Assembly (NCBI GenBank): GCA_013265495.1
Contig: MU058824.1
Coordinates: 3,499,111 to 3,563,110 of the forward strand
Reading direction: 5' to 3'
Length of the DNA stretch: 64,000 nt
Source: Vicugna vicugna
Taxonomy: Eukaryota
The position numbers and the translations under genes are program-made. The stretch's first letter is position 1; each line of letters opens with the position of its first letter. The notes under the pieces are model-generated. The model did not search any database, was not told the origin of the DNA, and saw only the letters and a program-made list of their open reading frames with translations. Shown in pieces: positions 25,441 to 38,910 of this stretch.

Positions 25441-26919
25441 ATCTATTTTAAGAATTAATACTTAAATTCCTAATAAAATAAAAGAGGATCTGCCCTCTTA
25501 CAATAACCCGTCTGAATTTCTTTCCCTCCTTCCTCCTTCTCAGGTTAACATTCAATTTATGACTATGTGGTAGTACACTGTTTCCCTTCTTATATAATTC
25601 TATAATTTTCCTGTATTTAATACTAGCCCCAAGTTGTTTCATTTACCTGGTCTGAAAAGTCTACCTACTATCATGCTAGCCCCCAGTACCTTATCTCTCC
25701 ACAAGGCCAATTTTTAGTTCTCTTCATATCTCCGGTATAAGGGAAGTGCTTGTTCATTACATGCCTACTGCATTATACTAGGAAAAATAAGTCATCGCCA
25801 TTAATGATCTGCATTCAGTGGACCCATTTAATAATTGAAGTCATTTCGCAAATAATTTAGAGAAAAATAAAGTGATAATGAAAAACAATTTTATTAGAAG
25901 TCTTAATAAGAATTTAAATATGACAAATTCAAATTTTTATTACATATGTTCCTGTTTTGGAAGCTGAAGATACCTGAAATGGGCAACATCCTGGAATACA
26001 ACTAACTGCTCATTAATTGTCATGTATGAACTTGGAACACATCCAGTTTGTAAATACTAACACCAGATTTCAAATACATCTCTTCTTTGCTCCATAATTA
26101 CAAACCATTCTTCCTTTTATATCTATAAACACCAATTAGAATGATCAATCCATTCATTCTTTTTCACTTCTATATCACCTGTTTCCTTCTAGTCACCCCT
26201 GCCTACACATCTGCTTTCAGCATTTGTCCATTTGAAATAAATCATATCAAGTGAATTTTAATACACAAATATCATAAAATATGAAAGAACACAGTCACAT
26301 GTCCTTTTATCAAAGCAGGATGGTACAGATTCTGTGTGATAAAGAACATCCTGTTGTTTGACGATTTAAGAATATCCTATTTCCTTTCTGTACTTCAAAA
26401 TATATTCATCAATTCTTGAGTTTGAGAAAATTCACCTATAATATCCTCTGAAAAATCATAGTCTGAAACTTCACTTAAAAGATGAAGTTCATCACATCAC
26501 TAAAGTCCAGGTACTATCCCTGTCTTTTTGCATTCATGTTCTGATTCATCTAATAATTGTGAAGTGTCTTCCTCTGTTTTCTTCTATTTGCTTTTTTTTT
26601 TAACTTTTAATGCATGCTATTTATTCACTGCAGAGCACATTCAATTTTTCTGTACAACTGATTTTGAAGCACATGCAAAGCCAGAAAAATAAACTTACTA
26701 TAAATCACTGAACAAGTCAGTAATTCAAGGTTTCTGTCTAATATTTCAGAGTAACTTCAGGAAATGAGTGTCTGTTTATATTTCTAGGTTTTTCATAATG
26801 AAATATGGCGATATGGCATCTTCTTTCCAGAAAGCTCCTAAAGTATTTACAAACATTATCTTATTAAACTGCACATTCCTTAAGGTAGTTAAGCCACATG
26901 TATTATGTACTACTTTGAG

Positions 26920-27524
26920 TTTTTTTAAAAAAAATTTTATGGTGTTATTGAAGTATAGTTGGTTTACAATGTTGTGTTAATTTCTGGTGTATAGCAAAAT
27001 GATTCAGTTTTATATATATTCAGGTTTTTTAATATATATAAATATATTTTATATATTCTTATATATTTTTATATATATTCTTTTTCAGATTCTTCTCCAT
27101 TAGAGTTTATTACAAGATACTGAATGTAGTTCCCTGTGCTATACAATAGGACCTTCGTGTTTATCTATTACATATATAGTAGTTTGTATCTGTTAATCCC
27201 AAACTCCTGATTTATACACTTCTCCTCTTTCCCCTTTGGTAACCTTAAGTTTGTTTTCTGTGTCTGTGCGTCTGTTTCTGTTTTGTAAATGAGTTCATTT
27301 GTACCTTTTTTCAGATTCTACATATAAATGATATTGTATATTATATGCTGTTGTCTGACTACTTCACTTAGTATGATAATCTCTAGGTCCATCCATGTTA
27401 CTGCAAATGGCATTTCATTCTTTGTTATGGCTGAGCAATACTCTATTACATACATATGCCACATCTTCTTTATCCATTCATCTGTCAAGGGACATTTAGG
27501 TTGATTCCACATCTTGGCTATTGT
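26920..27524 (-). mobile_element. Cetartiodactyl-type L1 3' end, 5'-truncated
   Basis: attgaagtatagttggtttacaatgttgtgttaatttctggtgtatagcaaaatgattcagtt; ORF2 C-terminal peptide TIAKMWNQPKCPLTDEWIKKMW...TWMDLEIIILSEV; internal TA-rich tract; imperfect tgtacta flanks. Confidence 0.93.
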
Positions 27525-27667
27525 ACTATTTGCCATTTTGGGCAGAAAATGTAAAATTCTGAATTCTCAACTTTGTTCAATGAAAGCTAAAAAGATAGTG
27601 CCTCCAGACTTCTTTTACACATTCTTCAAAGATAATGTAATACTTTGGGCATCACAATAAGGAAAGT

Positions 27668-27716
27668 GAAGGATGATGTAACAGTGAAGATTTATTTCAC
27701 TGTTACATCATCCTTC
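27668..27716. repeat. Perfect 21-bp inverted repeat with 7-nt loop
   Basis: gaaggatgatgtaacagtgaa-gatttat-ttcactgttacatcatccttc. Confidence 0.97.
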
Positions 27717-28124
27717 TAGGCAATTCCCTTATTCTTCTGTTTTTTTAAAAATTAGTTTTATTCTTTTTTTTAAACCATAGTTAGGAATAATTGATAAGTA
27801 ATAATATAATAATTTTTAGTAAAATAGTAAAATGTTTTAAGATATGGCAAAAATAAGATCACTAGGATCCCATGGCATAGCTTAGACTCATAAAAAGGAT
27901 CCAATGGACCCATATAATAATTCTGAAATAGAATGAATTTTATTCTACTAAGAAAAGTAAATTTTTTCTCTGTTCTTTGAAAGATCTCTAAAAAAGAATA
28001 AAATTCATAAAATATAAATTCTTAGAAATAGGAATGCTCATAAAAGAAACTTAAACTAAAATTAGATCTAATGGACCTGATGGGATACTGAGGGTTCAAC
28101 TAAACATTATTCTCAACTCTTACC

Positions 28125-29545
28125 ATTATTCATTCAACAAATATTTACTGAGCTACTGCCATACTCCAGGGACCATTCCAGGTCCTTGGGATATATAAAC
28201 AAAAGAGAGATTGCTGCCCTTGTAAAACTTACATCCTAGTGTCTCTCTATGGTAGACAGATAATAAGCAACAAACATAATAAGTAAATGATACATGTTAC
28301 CAATAATAAATGCTTTTGAAAAAAGAAAAAGTAGAGCATGGTAATGGGAACTGGTAGTGTTGGTATGAATTATAAGTTTACATAGGGTGGACAGAGTAGA
28401 CCTTACTGATATTTAAGCAAAAACTTAAAGGAGATCAGGGAATTGGCCATGCAGTTCGGGTGTATCCCAGGCAGTATAAACAGACAAAGCAAAGTCCTTA
28501 AAGCAAGAATATTCTTGATGTGTTTGACAGCAAGGGGGCCAGTATGGTTAAAACAGAGTAAATAAGGGGAAGAGTGAGGGGGTCAAAGAAGTACCTGCAT
28601 GCCAGTTTAGGAAGGGCCTTGTAGGCCTTATAAGGATACTTGCTTTTATTCTGAGTGACATGGGAAGTTAATGGAGGGTTCTGAGCAGAGGAGTGATATG
28701 ATATGACTGACAATTTAAAGAATCACTCTTTTGAGATTAAAAAAAATGGAGGGGAGGGGCAAGTATAGAAGCAGGGAGACCAATTAGGAGGCTACTGCAG
28801 TAATTCAGTCAACAAATGATGATACTTCTGACCAGGACGACAGCAGTAGATGTGCTGAGAAGTGAAAGAATTCTGCATATATTCTGAAGGTAGAGCCAAC
28901 AAGATATCCTGATTAACTGGATATGGTAAGAGAGAAGAACAGAGTCAAGGATGACTCCCAGTTTTCTGACCTGTGCAACTAACAGGATAGAAGTGATGCA
29001 ACTAAAAACTGCAGATAAAGATGGTTTGGGGTAAAGAAGAATTTGGTTTTGAACAGATTGGATTTGTGGTATCTATTAGACATTCCAATGAAGATGCTGA
29101 GTGGGCTACTGGACATAACAGCCTTAAGTTTAGGAGACAGATCTGAACTGGAAATATAAACTTGCCAATTGTGTCATGGAGACGGTGATTAGAACAGGAC
29201 TGGGTAATAGCACCAAGGGATTAAGTACAGGGAAAGTAGAGAAAATGAGAAAAGATTTTAGAAGGAGTAAGCAGTGAAGTGGGAGTAAACCTGTTGGGAG
29301 GAAGGGTGAGTGCCTTGTAAACCAACAAAAGAAAATGCATGAAAGAAGAGGTGTTGTCTATTATGGGGAACACCGCTCATAGGTTAGGGTGGGATAAAGG
29401 CTGAGAACTGAGTCTTCTACTTATTAGCAAAGTCACCGATGATCTTGATAAGAGAAATCTGAATGAAGCAGTGAGGCAAAAACTACTGAACTGAAGAGAA
29501 CTGGAGGAGAGAGACTGGAGGCAGTAAACATAGACAACTGAGCAG
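28125..29545 (-). mobile_element. Long L2 (L2a-like) 3' fragment
   Basis: ttcattcaacaaatatttactgagc; gagaccaattaggaggctactgcagtaat; agagtcaaggatgactccc. Confidence 0.9.
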
Positions 29546-30047
29546 TCTGACCACAAAAGAAATACTTGGTACCTTATTACCTTAAAGCTTCTACCTTTTA
29601 ATAGACACGAGGTGATTCAGTATGTGGGGGAGAATTTGGATATCACATTGAAAACAAGCCCCACAAGCTACTCAAGTTTCAATCTAGCTCCAGAAAGATT
29701 ATTGGCAGAATTGTCTTTAAATCTAAAACACAAACATTTACCAATGTATCTACAACAACTATTACTCAAAGTCAAGATTGGCAGAGAACAAGCAAAAAGG
29801 TATAGGGGACTAGAAATTATTACATAAAACTCTGAATTCAAAAGAAAACAAATTTTAAAAACTCATCCCAGCTGACAGCAGTTTTGAACAAATGTTCATC
29901 TTGAGTTCTGAGGAAATTTTAACATGCAATACCTTCAACAAAGAAAATATGCATAATACAGAAAGAATGTTCCTTTTCAAATTTCCCCTGACAGATCTTT
30001 CCAGAGGAAGAAAATTCAGTCTGTGTTTTAAAAATACAGAACATAAG

Positions 30048-30350
30048 AACAGCTAATATATATTAACAGCTTATTCTGTGCTAGGTACTATGTCAAACAT
30101 TTTACACATTTTTCTTTTTCTTTTTTTTTTATTGAGGTATAGTCAGTTTACAATGTTGTGTCAATTTCTGACATTTTTCTAATTTAACCCTCATAGCAAT
30201 CCTATAGAGGCGGCCATTATTACTTTTATTTCACAGATGAGGAAAGATGAGGCTTATGTGAATTTTCAAATAATTTGTTAAGTGCCACAAAGCTTTTAAG
30301 TCGCAGTCTGAAGGCTCACTTCCAAACCATGCTCTTAATCAACATGCTCT
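30048..30350 (-). mobile_element. MIR
   Basis: acagctaatatatatt..cttattctgtgctaggtact...atttaaccctcatagcaatcctat...tttcacagatgaggaaa. Confidence 0.8.
30116..30170 (-). mobile_element. 55-bp extremely 5'-truncated young L1 tail nested in the MIR
   Basis: Poly(T) plus attgaggtatagtcagtttacaatgttgtgtcaatttctg, similar to the 26920 L1 end; perfect acatttttct flanks (30106-30115, 30171-30180). Confidence 0.9.
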
Positions 30351-31127
30351 TATCACCTCCTTTAATTATTTTCATGAATAAGTCTCTGACTTTGTCTAAT
30401 AATAAAATCGTTGCTGAAAATCTCTACAATATTGCCATTTCATGATGTAACACATGGCAATTACTAATGTGAAAACAACTTGTTGAAATTCAAATTGCAC
30501 TTTTCCACTTTTTAATATAGGCCAACATTTTGATAGGAATAATGGTATTATCTGAAGAGCAATGTTGGTCCTCTATGAAGTTTCATAAAAATAATGTCCC
30601 AGCTTTCTAGTTGTGGTTAACTTGTCTCTAAGATAGGAACCACTTCTTTCTCACTCTCCATTGTATCTCTGTTGCCTTCCATGGTATCTGGCACATAGTA
30701 GAAGCTCAATAAATATTACTTACTGAATGAAATTAGAAGAACCAAGTGATTTCCTAAAAAAGATGTCGATTGTTTTTGTTGATCTTTAAAAATCAACTGC
30801 CATCTATCCATGGCATTGGTTAGCTTTTATTTCTATTTACATAAGCAACAAATAATTATGAATTTGATTGATTCATAGCTTGCTGATCTATGAATTATAC
30901 AATTTTGGTTAAAAAAAATCCAAAAAGAACAATGCAGCCCTTTATAAGTCATATGGAATATTTGATCTGATCCACTCTCCCAAATCCTGCTCTTAACTTA
31001 GAATGCTACAACCTATTTACAGGAGAACCAATACTGAAAAATAAGAGAGGAAGGAGAAAAGACAAGGAACAGAAAAAGTTTGAGACAAGAAGTTAGGAAA
31101 TAACAGAAGAAAAAGGGAAAGTGAGAA

Positions 31128-31162
31128 ATGAGGTATAACCGACATATGAGGTATAACCGACA
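31128..31162. repeat. 17-bp tandem duplication
   Basis: atgaggtataaccgaca-t-atgaggtataaccgaca. Confidence 0.95.
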
Positions 31163-32299
31163 AGAGAGAAATGATTTTTAAAATACCCATCTCAGAATAC
31201 AAGACAAGCAGTTTATTGTGCAAGAAAACAACAGATATGAATTGAGACCTAGGTTCTTCCAAAACATACTGAATAATTTCATACTAATCATTTTAACTCT
31301 CTAGACTTCAATTTCTTATTTGTGAGTATGAATCTAGTCCCTACATGATCTTTTAAAATAAATTCCTACTCTATTCCCCTCAGGAAGCAACTCAAGTGGT
31401 ACCTGATTCCTCCAAGTCCCCAGACAGAAACCAATCACTCTATTATTTTCTCTAGGAATTCTAGTGTTTTATAAAATCTCCATTAAGTTCTCATCCACAC
31501 TACAGAGAAACACTTAAGAAAATTTTGATAACAAAAGCTTCAAATAACAAAGGTAGGTTTTAAAAATTAAATCCTAAATTTTTAAGTAGAAATATGAATT
31601 AGCAACATATGTGAAATATTTGTTAGAAACGTAAATAGTTCATGCCCCACTGGGAATACCACTAACCTCTACCTCAGAAAGACTATGACTATTTATAATC
31701 TCCATGCAATATGCACTATTGAGGCCTACAAGGAAGGGTTAAAGCTGGATTTTCAACAAGGCTCACAAGTCCTGAGGTTAAATACACATGAATTAAGGAT
31801 GTTTAATCCAACTTAAGATACCATCTTTTCATATTTAAAACAGCTTCCCTTAAACAGGAAAAATACAAAATACATGAGCTGGCCCTGACAGTAAAGCTCC
31901 TACAGAGGTAATGTAAAGGTCCAGCTTAAAAAAAAAAACAAAGACATTTAAACATATACTGTGTTTACTCTCATATCCGAAACATATAACATGTCCTGCT
32001 AAAATCAAAATACTTTTATGGAGCAAAAAGCTATAAAAACAAAACAAAAAAAATTAACAAATCTCATAATTTAAAAAACATCATTGCTTAAATATAATTA
32101 GGACTAGCTACATAAAATAAGAAAAAGCTATAGGCTTTTTTGGGTGTGTTGTATAAACACACATAAATCTGTATATACACAGAGAAATAAAACAGTTAAA
32201 CAGTTTCTACCTGTTTCTGTGTATTCCCTTTCAGATATTGTTCCCCTAGAGTCTTGGCCTCTGTTGCTGTCTAACTTGAATTCACAAAACTCAATGGCT

Positions 32300-32810
32300 C
32301 GTGGTTTTCAAAGCTTAGGGCTACGTTTGCAGAACAAAGTCCCTTTCTCTCTCTCTCTCTTTTTTGGTGGGTACAAGTGTGGGGACCACAGGAACAGTTA
32401 AATTCATGGCATGGCTGGTCTACCACACAGTTGGGGGAATTCTTTAAATAGAGCCTGTCACTCTCTTGGCCCATCAATGGGATTTCCTTCTCAAACTGCT
32501 GATTCGTTCAGGTACACAACAGAGGAAATTTCAGTTAACCTTTGTTTCACCCCAGGGAAAAATCTGTCTGAAAGTATAAAATGAATAGATTAAAAAAAAA
32601 AATAAGCAGCTCAGCCACAGGGCCATTCTCTTAGTGTTCACTGCAGCTTAAGTTAAACAGTAAAAAGGGACAGTGGAATGTTTCTTTCCCAATGGAAAAT
32701 CTGAGCTCAATATAGAACTTGGAAATCAGTAGGTCACAGTTTATTTTGATGACTAAACCAAACCAACTGTCCCTTCTGTTTAATAAACTTGAAAATTCCC
32801 CTTCTGATAA
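32300..32810. promoter_or_regulatory. Candidate B-lymphoid enhancer (motif cluster)
   Basis: Non-repetitive stretch with NF-kB-like, EBF-like, RUNX, ETS and near-MEF2 motifs. Motif evidence only. Confidence 0.4.
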
Positions 32811-33509
32811 TTTTATGAGCCAGAGTTATTTTTCTCATATTACCATTACTATTATAATTTGATTGAGGTGTCTATAACAAAGTTGCATCCTCAATTTTCT
32901 TTTAAAAAAGCAACTTTCAAAAATATTTTCAAATAAAAGTAAAATACTAAATTAGAATAGTAATGGGGAGAAGGGAAAAGTAGGGATAGAATAAATCAGA
33001 GTCCTGTTAAATTCTCTTTGTTATTCATTTTAAAATAAAAATTCAAGTGGGGAAGTACTGAAAAAGGAGACCACTTTTCCATTATAAAGTTCTCTGTTTT
33101 CAAACAATGGGAGTATTGGGCTATAGTTAGATTTAGCCATGTGAAATCTTGGGGTGAGGAGTAAAAACAAAGAAAACAATTTAAAACTTGTTTCTCCCTA
33201 AAATTTAGGTAATTTAGATTATATACATATTTTAAGAAATTTAAATTATAAAAGATATTTTTAAAAATATAAACTTTAGGATATGGTGGATACACACTGG
33301 CTAACTCGCCTTTATTTCTCCCATATGATTTCTGAGCCCCCTGGAAAAGAAAACCATTGTGCTATCAATACTTTTTATATATATTATCATATACAATTCC
33401 TACATATTGCCTGCAAGCAGATAGAGCAGCTCTTAAAAACAACAGCAAGATGCATTTTGCCTCTGGGACCAATGTCATTTTCATAAGAGAAAAAATGATT
33501 CAAAGCCTT

Positions 33510-33680
33510 TTTTGGGGGGGGGTGATAAAATACACACAACATAATATTTACATATTGACCATTTTTAAGTGTACAGTGGCTTTTAAGTAGTTATTTTTGT
33601 GCAACCATCATCACTACCCGTCTCCAGAACTTTGTTTATCTTGCAAAACTGAAAGTTTATACCCATTAAACAATATTTTA
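33510..33680 (-). mobile_element. L1MB-like 3' end fragment
   Basis: gtgataaaatacacacaacataa..ttgaccatttttaagtgtacagt...gtgcaaccatca...tctccagaactt. Confidence 0.8.
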
Positions 33681-34721
33681 CCAAATTTTGATGCAGAACA
33701 TGGAAGGTATGTTCTTGTTCTATGACAAGATCTCTACTCTGAAAGTGGAGCTTATGCTGGCAGTATCACACTTTATCCAGAAGAGATTGGAAGTAAAATG
33801 CTTATCACACATCTTGTTCAAGAGGCTTAAGATGGAGAAGAGAGAGGCTTAAAAGTTGGAAGGAAAGTGGAACTCTGTGACCTTAAGAAATATACATTGG
33901 AGCAAGGACAAAAATGCATATCTTTATTAAAAAGCTAAGACCTTAAATGCAGAATATTAAAGAACATTTATTTGTATTTGCATATTTTAATAACCAAAGG
34001 AAGTCACAATTCAGCTCTTTTGTGACTGAGTTCTCTGGGCATCCTTAGCCTTAGGAAACAGAACGTGCTAGGTAAGTAGGTTGGTTACCAGGACCAAGGG
34101 GAAACCATTACTAAATGTATACATGAGACTAAATACAACTATACATGGTAAAAGATGTATTTAAAGACCTAGGGGATGTTTTATCTTTTTGTTTTCTTCT
34201 GAAAATCTGTTTTCTGTACCAGCTTGACATCATATACAAATAGAGACAGTCTTCCCCACTGTCTCTAACAGCTTCTAGTTACTGTCCTCTATAAAAACAA
34301 AAATATGTCTGCTCTGTTCTTTGTTTTTAGGACAGCATTTCTAATGGGAAATCCTCTGAAGTGAACCCATCAAAAACACTGAAAACAAGAGAAAGTAATA
34401 TAAAAGTTATTTTAAGAAACACTAAGATTAAACATTATGTGGCTTTAAAATGACTGGAATCCATGGGGACAGTTATACGGAAAGATTCCAAAATTATCCA
34501 AAGAGAAGACTGAATGAATAACAGACTGATACGTAAAAGTAACAACACTTTGAACAGTTCGTTTCATAAAGCCCAAATAAGCAGGTGATAAAAATTCAAG
34601 AGAACTCAAATAAGATTCCTAAGCCTGAAGTGGGATGGAACTGAAGGTAGATGAGATGGAGGCAACTGATGGCAGTGGTGGTACAGAGAAAGAACTCAGC
34701 AAAAGGAAGAACCTGAAGGAC

Positions 34722-36250
34722 ATCTTAGAATGTTCCATGTATGCTGGGAAAGAATGCGTATTCTGCAACTATTGTGTTTTGTGGTCGATATATGTCCATT
34801 AGGTCAAGGTGGGTGACAGTAGTATTCTGAACTGTGTCCTTATTCTTAATTTAGTATTTCTATCAATTAGTGAGAAATGGGATAGATATTGATACACACA
34901 ACTATGATTGTGTGACTGTATGACTGTACCACTGAAAGGACTTCTCTCTTCCTTTAAATCCTGTCAAATTTTGCTGTATTTATTTGGAAGGTCTGTTTGA
35001 TTCTTGTGCCTTTCCTGATGACTTGATCCTTTAATCTTCCTGAAATGTCCTTGTTATCTCTAGTACTGTTCTTTGTCTAAGTCTACCTACCTGCTATTAA
35101 CATGACCACTCCAGTTTTCACATGCTTATTTTTAGCATGTTATATATTTTCCCATCCTTTTTCTTATAAAAATTTGCTCACATTTGGTTTTTAGCAATTT
35201 GACTGAGTCTTTTGAACATGTACAATTTTATCTTTCAACAACTTAGAGAATTCTTTTCCATTATCTTTATATATATTTTCTGCCCATTTTCTTTTTCCTT
35301 TCCTTCTGAGACTCCAATGACACTTATTATGTCTTTTAATATTGTTCAAAGGTCCTGAGGCCCTGCTCTTTTAAATTTACTTTTAGAATATTTTTTCTCT
35401 CTGGTTCTCAGATGGATAACTTTGGTCTTCAAGTTCATTGACATTTTCAATCTATTAAGCTTATCCAGTTAACTTTTATTTCAGATAATGTACTTTTCAG
35501 TCTAGAATTTCCATTTTATTTCTCCACTGAGATTTCATGTTTATTATTTCATTGTACACATATTTTACATCCTTGAACATAGTCAAAATAACTGCTTTAA
35601 AACACTTTTCTGCTTATTTCAACACTTGGGTCATCCCAGAGTCAGTGGTCATTGACTACCTTTTCTTAAATATGCATCAAATTTTCCAGTTTCTTCGTAT
35701 GTCTAGTAATTTTGGATGGTATCCAGGACCTTGTGAATCCCATTTTGTAGGCTATGGATTCTTTTATGTTCCCTTAAAGAGAGTTGATGTTTGTTCAAGG
35801 ATCAAAAGTTTGGCAATATTTATATGCATGATTTGTGTTTCTCCCTCCATGAATTCCTCTTCACTGTCCAGCTCTATAGTAGCTTCTCTCTTCTGATTCC
35901 CAACACCAGTAAGACTATGAATTTCTTTTAAAGTTCTAGCCACTCCCATGCTATACCAATTAGTGACTGCCCTCAGGCAAAAAGCCATAAAAATAGGAAA
36001 CTCACCCAATGCTGTTTCTTTGTCGCAAGTGTTGACTACCTATCAGTTACTACCTGCTTTTGGTTGGTCTTTAGTACCTTCAGATATTTTGTTTTGAAGT
36101 ATTAAAGAATGCTTTAAAGTGATGAATGTCTATATGAACTATATTTTATACACACACACATTTATAGTATAGTATTTTGTCCAGAGTATAATTATCTGAG
36201 GGAAGGCTGGACCATTATGAACAATTCTGCCATTGCTAGAAGCAGAACTG
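34722..36250 (-). mobile_element. Old L1M/L1ME fragments (ORF2 5' part, ORF1, 5' end)
   Basis: gaatgttccatgtatgctgggaaagaatgcgtattctgca; tccttctgagactccaat; terminus ccattgctagaagcagaa. Confidence 0.7.
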
Positions 36251-36914
36251 CAGAACTCCAGGACTGTTTTATTTTTAGATTGGTATTATAAACTTAGAAA
36301 AAGAAAAATCTTCTCTCACTCTTCTTCCTGAGCTTCATTCAGGTAAGAATTGAGTCTATATGATTTACTGTTCTGTCCCTTTCACCTAGCATAGGGCTTG
36401 TTACATAATAAGGAGTGTTCTATAAATATTTGTTGAATGAATGAATGATGAAATACGTTAAAATTAAAATCATTAGTAAGCATCAGAAAATTCCAAAGAG
36501 GGAGGAGGTACTTTGGGCTGGAGTGATTAGCAATTTCCCATCATTTAAAAAACCTTGCTTTCTTCTTGGAGGCAAAGAAATCTACACTTATTTTCCAGAT
36601 ATGATGCATTATTTATAGGATTTAGACTGTTTTAAACTATAGCTTCTTGCTTGCTGGATAAAAATACTCCAGTCATGAGTTTTATTATTCAAGGGTCCCA
36701 TACTGAGTATACATCCTATTCATCAGAGAAAATGTTACATTTCAGTTTTCTGGGAAAATTAATTATGATTTACTATTTTAGGCCACCTTCTAAATTCCTG
36801 GGATAATTATATGAGATTCTAATTTCCAAAACATTCATTTGCAAATAGCTCATGAATACTACCCAATTTCCCAAAAGACAGTATGAAAATGAACACCCTA
36901 AATGATGGGGAAGG

Positions 36915-37100
36915 CAATTAACATCTATTGAGGGACGGCTAGGTGAAAAGCTCTATAAAACTGCTTTATCTCATTTAATCTTCTCAATTATCCTATGACA
37001 TGGTTATTATTACCAACTATTTACAGATAAGTAAACTAAAGCTCAAAGCTGGCCAAGGTCATGCAATAGGTTAAGTGGTAGTGCATAAATTCAAATTTGA
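36915..37100 (-). mobile_element. MIR
   Basis: ttatctcatttaatcttc...tttacagataagtaaactaaagctca...gccaaggtca. Confidence 0.75.
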
Positions 37101-37104
37101 TAAC

Positions 37105-38910
37105 TTTTAACTACAATGAGATCAAGCACTTCTGTTTGTCAAAAAAAGAAACAAACACCCTATTAAGAGAATGATAAGGCAAGCTACAGAGTGAGAGGAG
37201 ACATCTGCCCAACATATAAAGGATTCACATCCAGAAGATATAATGAACCCCTATAAGTTATTAAGACAAATAAATAAGAAAACTAGCAAAAGACTTTTAA
37301 AAAGCCCTTCACAAAGTATCTAAATACCAATAAACATGAACGGGACTTGACTTCTTTCAGCTATTACATAAACACATATTAAAGCCACAATAAAATACCA
37401 CTATTCATCTACCAAAACAGATAGAATTAAGAACACTAACAATATTAAGTGTTGGCAAGGATGGGGACAATGGGAACTCTCTGGTACACTGTTGGTTAGA
37501 ATGTAAACTGGTACAGCCACTTTGGAAAAAAAGTTTGTCATTATCTACTAAAGTAGAGGATATGTATACCATAGAACAAAGCAATTCCAGGCCTAAGTAT
37601 ATACCTGAAAGAAATGCAAAACTTGCACATTAATTAACACTGTTAGCAATAGCCAATTGTATCAATATAAATTTATGAAGTTAATAGCTTTACTCTGGTA
37701 ACATAAAAGAATATTCTTTTATTCTTAGGAAATATACACTGAAGCATTTAGGGGTAAAAGGACAGGTGTGACATATGTAAATTACATTCAGAATATACAC
37801 ATATACATATACATGGACACATAAATCATAGAGTGTGGTTAATAAAATAAATGGAGTAAGATGTAAACAGTAAGTGAATCTAGATAATGGGTATACAGGT
37901 ATTCTTTGTACTATTTTTATTTTTCCATTTTTTGTAAATTTAAAATTATTTCAAGAAAAAGGGTGATTTTTAAAAATAAGACATTATTAAGAAAAATTAA
38001 AAGAAGCCACAGACTAGGAGGAAATGTTGGTAATACATATAACCAACAAAGTGTTCATAAGTAGAAGATTAAAAATTTTGACAAATTAAGGGGAAAAAAA
38101 GACAACACCAAGGAAAAATGGGCAAAAGATATGAACAGGCAATTAACAGAAAAACCATGGGAGAATGATGCAAGATCCAATAAACATGAAATGATGTTCA
38201 TTCTCACTAGTAATCAGAGAATCAGCAACCTAAACAATGAGATACAACCACAAAAGAGAAAATTTTGACCTATCAAATATTGACCAGGGGGTAGATAAAT
38301 AAGAACTCATACAATTATGACTGCACTTTGCAAAATCTAGTAAAGATGAAGATTATCAGGCTGAAAGCAGTCATAGATAATACATCCACAATGGGACATG
38401 GCTGTTTAAAAATTTCCAACAATATAACTGTCCATCAATAACAGAATGGATATATTAGTGGTACACTCGTACGATAGAATACTATAAAGCAGTTAAAAAT
38501 GAATGAACTAGAGCTATATATATCAACATGAATGCATCTTAAAACTATAATGCTGACTAAAGAGAAGTTCAGAAGAATACTTATAGGATAGTGCCAATTA
38601 CATACAGTTTGAAAACAAGCAAAGTAATATACATACATAAATACATAGTAAAAGTATGAAGAATGCATGGGGCAAAGATAAATAAACTACACAGTTAAGA
38701 GAGGTTAAAAAAACAAAAAGCAAAGAAGTAATTACTATAAAAGTCAGGGTAATGAATATATCTATGGGGGAGGGAAGAGAGAAAGTTTGGTAGAGAAAGG
38801 ACATGCTTCAGGGTACTGTCAAGGTCCTATTTCTTGACCTGGGTGATGATTACATAGATGTTCACTTTATAATTTCCCATATATGTTTTATGTATACATT
38901 TAATAACTTT
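37105..38910 (+). mobile_element. Composite old L1 (L1MC/L1ME) 3' fragments
   Basis: aagtgttggcaaggat..ggaactctc..gaatgtaaactggtacagccactttggaaa; aaaatgggcaaaagatatgaacaggcaatt; tatttcttgacctgggtgatgattacatag. Confidence 0.8.

Noticed and set aside
27863..28078. Three spaced gatc(c/t)(c/a)atgg words resembling a repeat-spacer array
   Set aside because: Too short, imperfect and irregularly spaced; CRISPR-like arrays are not plausible in this mammalian intron.
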